15,315 nt of DNA from NCBI GenBank assembly GCA_045046875.1, contig JASFYY010000148.1:1-15315 (forward strand), given 5' to 3'. The notes under the pieces were generated by a model. It did no database searches. It worked only from the letters and a program-made list of their open reading frames with translations, and was not told the origin of the DNA. Position numbers and translations under genes: made by a program. Each line of letters starts with the position of its first letter. Position 1 is the first letter of the stretch. Of this stretch, positions 13,016 through 15,315 are shown in pieces. Source of the stretch: Verrucomicrobiota bacterium. Lineage in GTDB: Bacteria > Verrucomicrobiota > Verrucomicrobiia > Verrucomicrobiales > DEV007.

Positions 13016-15315
13016 ATGCGATGGTTCCACCAATCTTCATATCTGGCAACGAGCTTGTTATCTGTGTGTTTTTTACTCACGAGCAACCTGATGGCTGAGA
13101 AAAAAAAGGTGAATTTCAGTCGTGAAGTTTTGCCCTTGTTATCAGACCGCTGTTTTCATTGTCACGGCCCGGATGACAGTCATCGCAAAGCCGAGTTGCG
13201 TCTCGATCAGGAAGATGAAGCGAAGCGTGACCGCGAGGGCTTGAGGATGTTGGTGCCAGGTGATTTGGAGGCAAGTGAATTCTGGCAGCGCATCAGCAGC
13301 GATGATCAGGATGAGTTGATGCCGCCGCCCGATTCCCACCGCAAACCTTTGAGTGAAAAAGAACGCGCTACTTTGCGGCAGTGGATATTGGAGGGCGCTC
13401 AATGGGGCAAACATTGGGCTTTCGAAAAACCACAGCGTCCTGCCGTGCCCACACTGAGCAAACATCCTATTGATGCTTTTGTGCAACAAAAATTGAAAGC
13501 AGAAGGTTTGAAGTCGTCGCCTCCTGCTCACGCCCATACTCAATTGCGTCGGCTATCTTTTGATCTCACCGGACTGCCGCCAAGTCCCGCTCAAGTAGCT
13601 GATTTTGCGAACAGCCCTAGTTCTGAAAATTGGGAGAAGATGCTTGATCAACTGTTGCAATCCCCGCATCACGGAGAGCGGCTTACGATGTGGTGGTTGG
13701 ATGCGGCGCGTTATTCCGATACTGACGGGTTTCAATCTGACGCTAAGCGCAGCAATTGGCCGTGGCGTGACTGGGTGCTTCAAGCTTTTAATAACAATAT
13801 GCCTTTTGATCAGTTCACCCTTGAGCAATTCGCTGGCGACTTGCTCCCGAATGCCACGCCTGATCAAATTCTTGCGACTTGCTTTCATCGCAATCACATG
13901 ACCAACGGGGAAGGGGGGCGTGACCCTGAAGAGTCCCGTATCGACTATGTTATTGACCGAGTTAATACCACTGGCACGGTTTGGTTAGGGCTCACACTAG
14001 GATGCACCCAATGTCACTCTCACAAATTTGACCCCATCGCCCATAAAGATTATTACAGTCTGTTTGCTTTTTTTAACAGCATTGATGAAGACGGCAGGGC
14101 TGGTAATAAAGCCAAGCCTTATATTAAATACCGTTCGACTTTCTCTCAACGTGCCGTCGAAGAAATGGCGGCTCACGTGGCCACGCGCAAAACGCTGGAA
14201 GCGGCTGCGCGGAAAAAGGCAGTCGCTAAGTTTACTCCCTGGTTAAAAAACAAGTGGGACGGATTGCCTGAAAATTACCAAGCCTGGCATTCGTTGGAAC
14301 CCCGATCAATCACTTCGGCAGAGGGCAGTTCCTTTCAAATAGAAAAAGAAAATATCATTCAGACAACGGGTTCAAAGCCAAAACAAGACGATTATTCTAT
14401 CGTTGCCTTGGCACCCAAATCGATCGATCGCATTACTGGATGGAAACTCGAAGTTTTACCCCATGTTTCCCACACCGGCGGCAAGCTTTCGCGAGGGGAA
14501 AGCGGGGAATTCATCCTCACTAATGTGAAGTTGTTAGTGCAGAAAAAAGGGGCGTCCCAGGTTCGTGAAATTGATATCAAGGGAGCTGTCGCAGATTTTG
14601 AACCAGAGGGTAAGAGCAAAAAACGGCAATACGGCAAGATTAAAGATACGCTGGATGACGACCCTCGCAATGGATGGACCACGATATCCGGGGATTCCAA
14701 GAAAAAGCACCAAGCTGTTTTTGAGCTAGAGCAGCCTCTGGTTCTCGCTGCTGATGAGAAGATGATTTTTGTCCTTCTGCATCGTTCTACCGGAGGGAAT
14801 GCCAATATCGGACGTTTTCGTATTTCAGTGAGTGATCAGAGTGGTGAGACTGTAAAGAGTTTGCAAAGGGCTCCACTCGAAGAGCTCGCTGCGAGCAATC
14901 CTACAGATCTGGAAAAGATTCCAGCAAAATTACGCGAACGCCTGCAGGCTCAGTTTTTGATTGATGATCCTGTTTACCAAACAACTTTAAACGAGTTGAA
15001 AATCGCACAGAGCCAATTGGCTGAAGTTCAAAAGAATAACAGGGAGCTCTCTGTGATGGTTCTGGCAGAACGTCAGAAAAAGCGTGACAGTCATGTGCTC
15101 GTGCGAGGGGTGTGGGATGCCAAAGGCGAAAAAGTGAAGCCTGGTATTTTACCAGCCATCTTGCCTCTGGCTAATAATCAAGATCTCACTCGCGTGGATC
15201 TTGCCCAATGGCTCACTTCGCCCGACAACCCCTTAACCGCACGAGTGATCAGTAATCATCTCTGGCAGCTGATGTTCGGTTCAGGGCTGGTGCGCTCTCC
15301 CGATGATTTCGGCTT
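13016..15315 (+). CDS. PSD1 and planctomycete cytochrome c domain protein (PSCyt1 + DUF1549 + DUF1553); 3'-partial, not in the ORF track
   Basis: Hand translation from ATG 13016: MRWFHQSSYLATSLLSVCFLLTSNLMAEKKKVNFSREVLPLLSDRCFHCHGPD (CxxCH 13151-13165), then MPPP, HWAF, HPIDAFV, LRRLSFDLTGLPP, GERLTMWWLDAARYSDTDG, WRDWV..MPFDQF, GCTQCHSHKFDP (14003-14017). The window ends in the same frame with NPLTARVISNHLWQLMFGSGLVRSPDDFG. Confidence 0.94.
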   Translation, partial: MRWFHQSSYLATSLLSVCFLLTSNLMAEKKKVNFSREVLPLLSDRCFHCHGPDDSHRKAELRLDQEDEAKRDREGLRMLVPGDLEASEFWQRISSDDQDELMPPPDSHRKPLSEKERATLRQWILEGAQWGKHWAFEKPQRPAVPTLSKHPIDAFVQQKLKAEGLKSSPPAHAHTQLRRLSFDLTGLPPSPAQVADFANSPSSENWEKMLDQLLQSPHHGERLTMWWLDAARYSDTDGFQSDAKRSNWPWRDWVLQAFNNNMPFDQFTLEQFAGDLLPNATPDQILATCFHRNHMTNGEGGRDPEESRIDYVIDRVNTTGTVWLGLTLGCTQCHSHKFDPIAHKDYYSLFAFFNSIDEDGRAGNKAKPYIKYRSTFSQRAVEEMAAHVATRKTLEAAARKKAVAKFTPWLKNKWDGLPENYQAWHSLEPRSITSAEGSSFQIEKENIIQTTGSKPKQDDYSIVALAPKSIDRITGWKLEVLPHVSHTGGKLSRGESGEFILTNVKLLVQKKGASQVREIDIKGAVADFEPEGKSKKRQYGKIKDTLDDDPRNGWTTISGDSKKKHQAVFELEQPLVLAADEKMIFVLLHRSTGGNANIGRFRISVSDQSGETVKSLQRAPLEELAASNPTDLEKIPAKLRERLQAQFLIDDPVYQTTLNELKIAQSQLAEVQKNNRELSVMVLAERQKKRDSHVLVRGVWDAKGEKVKPGILPAILPLANNQDLTRVDLAQWLTSPDNPLTARVISNHLWQLMFGSGLVRSPDDFG

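Noticed and set aside
13100..13107. A8 tract near the start of the PSD1 gene (and T8 at 8538-8545) as slippage switches
   Set aside because: Explained by Lys-codon runs; A/T runs of 7-8 occur several times in this window.
13142..14805. Short ORFs listed in the track between 13142 and 14805
   Set aside because: All overlap the continuous PSD1/cytochrome c reading frame starting at 13016, which the track presumably omitted because it has no stop codon in the window.

Overview
Bacterial DNA whose protein families (SHD1-domain secreted protein, PVC-type CxxCH dehydrogenase, PSCyt1/DUF1549/DUF1553 protein, PAS-AraC) suggest the PVC superphylum, most likely Verrucomicrobiota (inference). Seven genes are supported. 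(1) A 5'-truncated Upf1-like SF1 helicase with a C-terminal Vsr/REase-like nuclease domain (<2..3460). (2) A co-directional 450-aa 'MSGPK' helical protein (3610..4962) containing an in-frame G10 tract. Genes 1 and 2 look like the distal end of a candidate defence/conflict operon. (3,4) A tightly linked pair: a Tat-exported FAD oxidoreductase and a DUF4405/DUF2271-like membrane protein (5405..7721). (5) A secreted SHD1 + beta-sandwich protein on the minus strand. (6) A 1025-aa PVC heme-binding dehydrogenase-like protein. (7) A PAS-AraC regulator. An eighth gene, a 3'-truncated PSD1/planctomycete cytochrome c gene (13016..>15315), is divergent from the regulator and absent from the ORF track. 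The spacer between genes 1 and 2 holds short 9-10 bp-period repeats and an 89-nt C-free tract, and one repeat unit recurs at 5342. No RNA genes, CRISPR arrays or transposases were seen. All domain calls come from motif recognition by eye, not from database searches.
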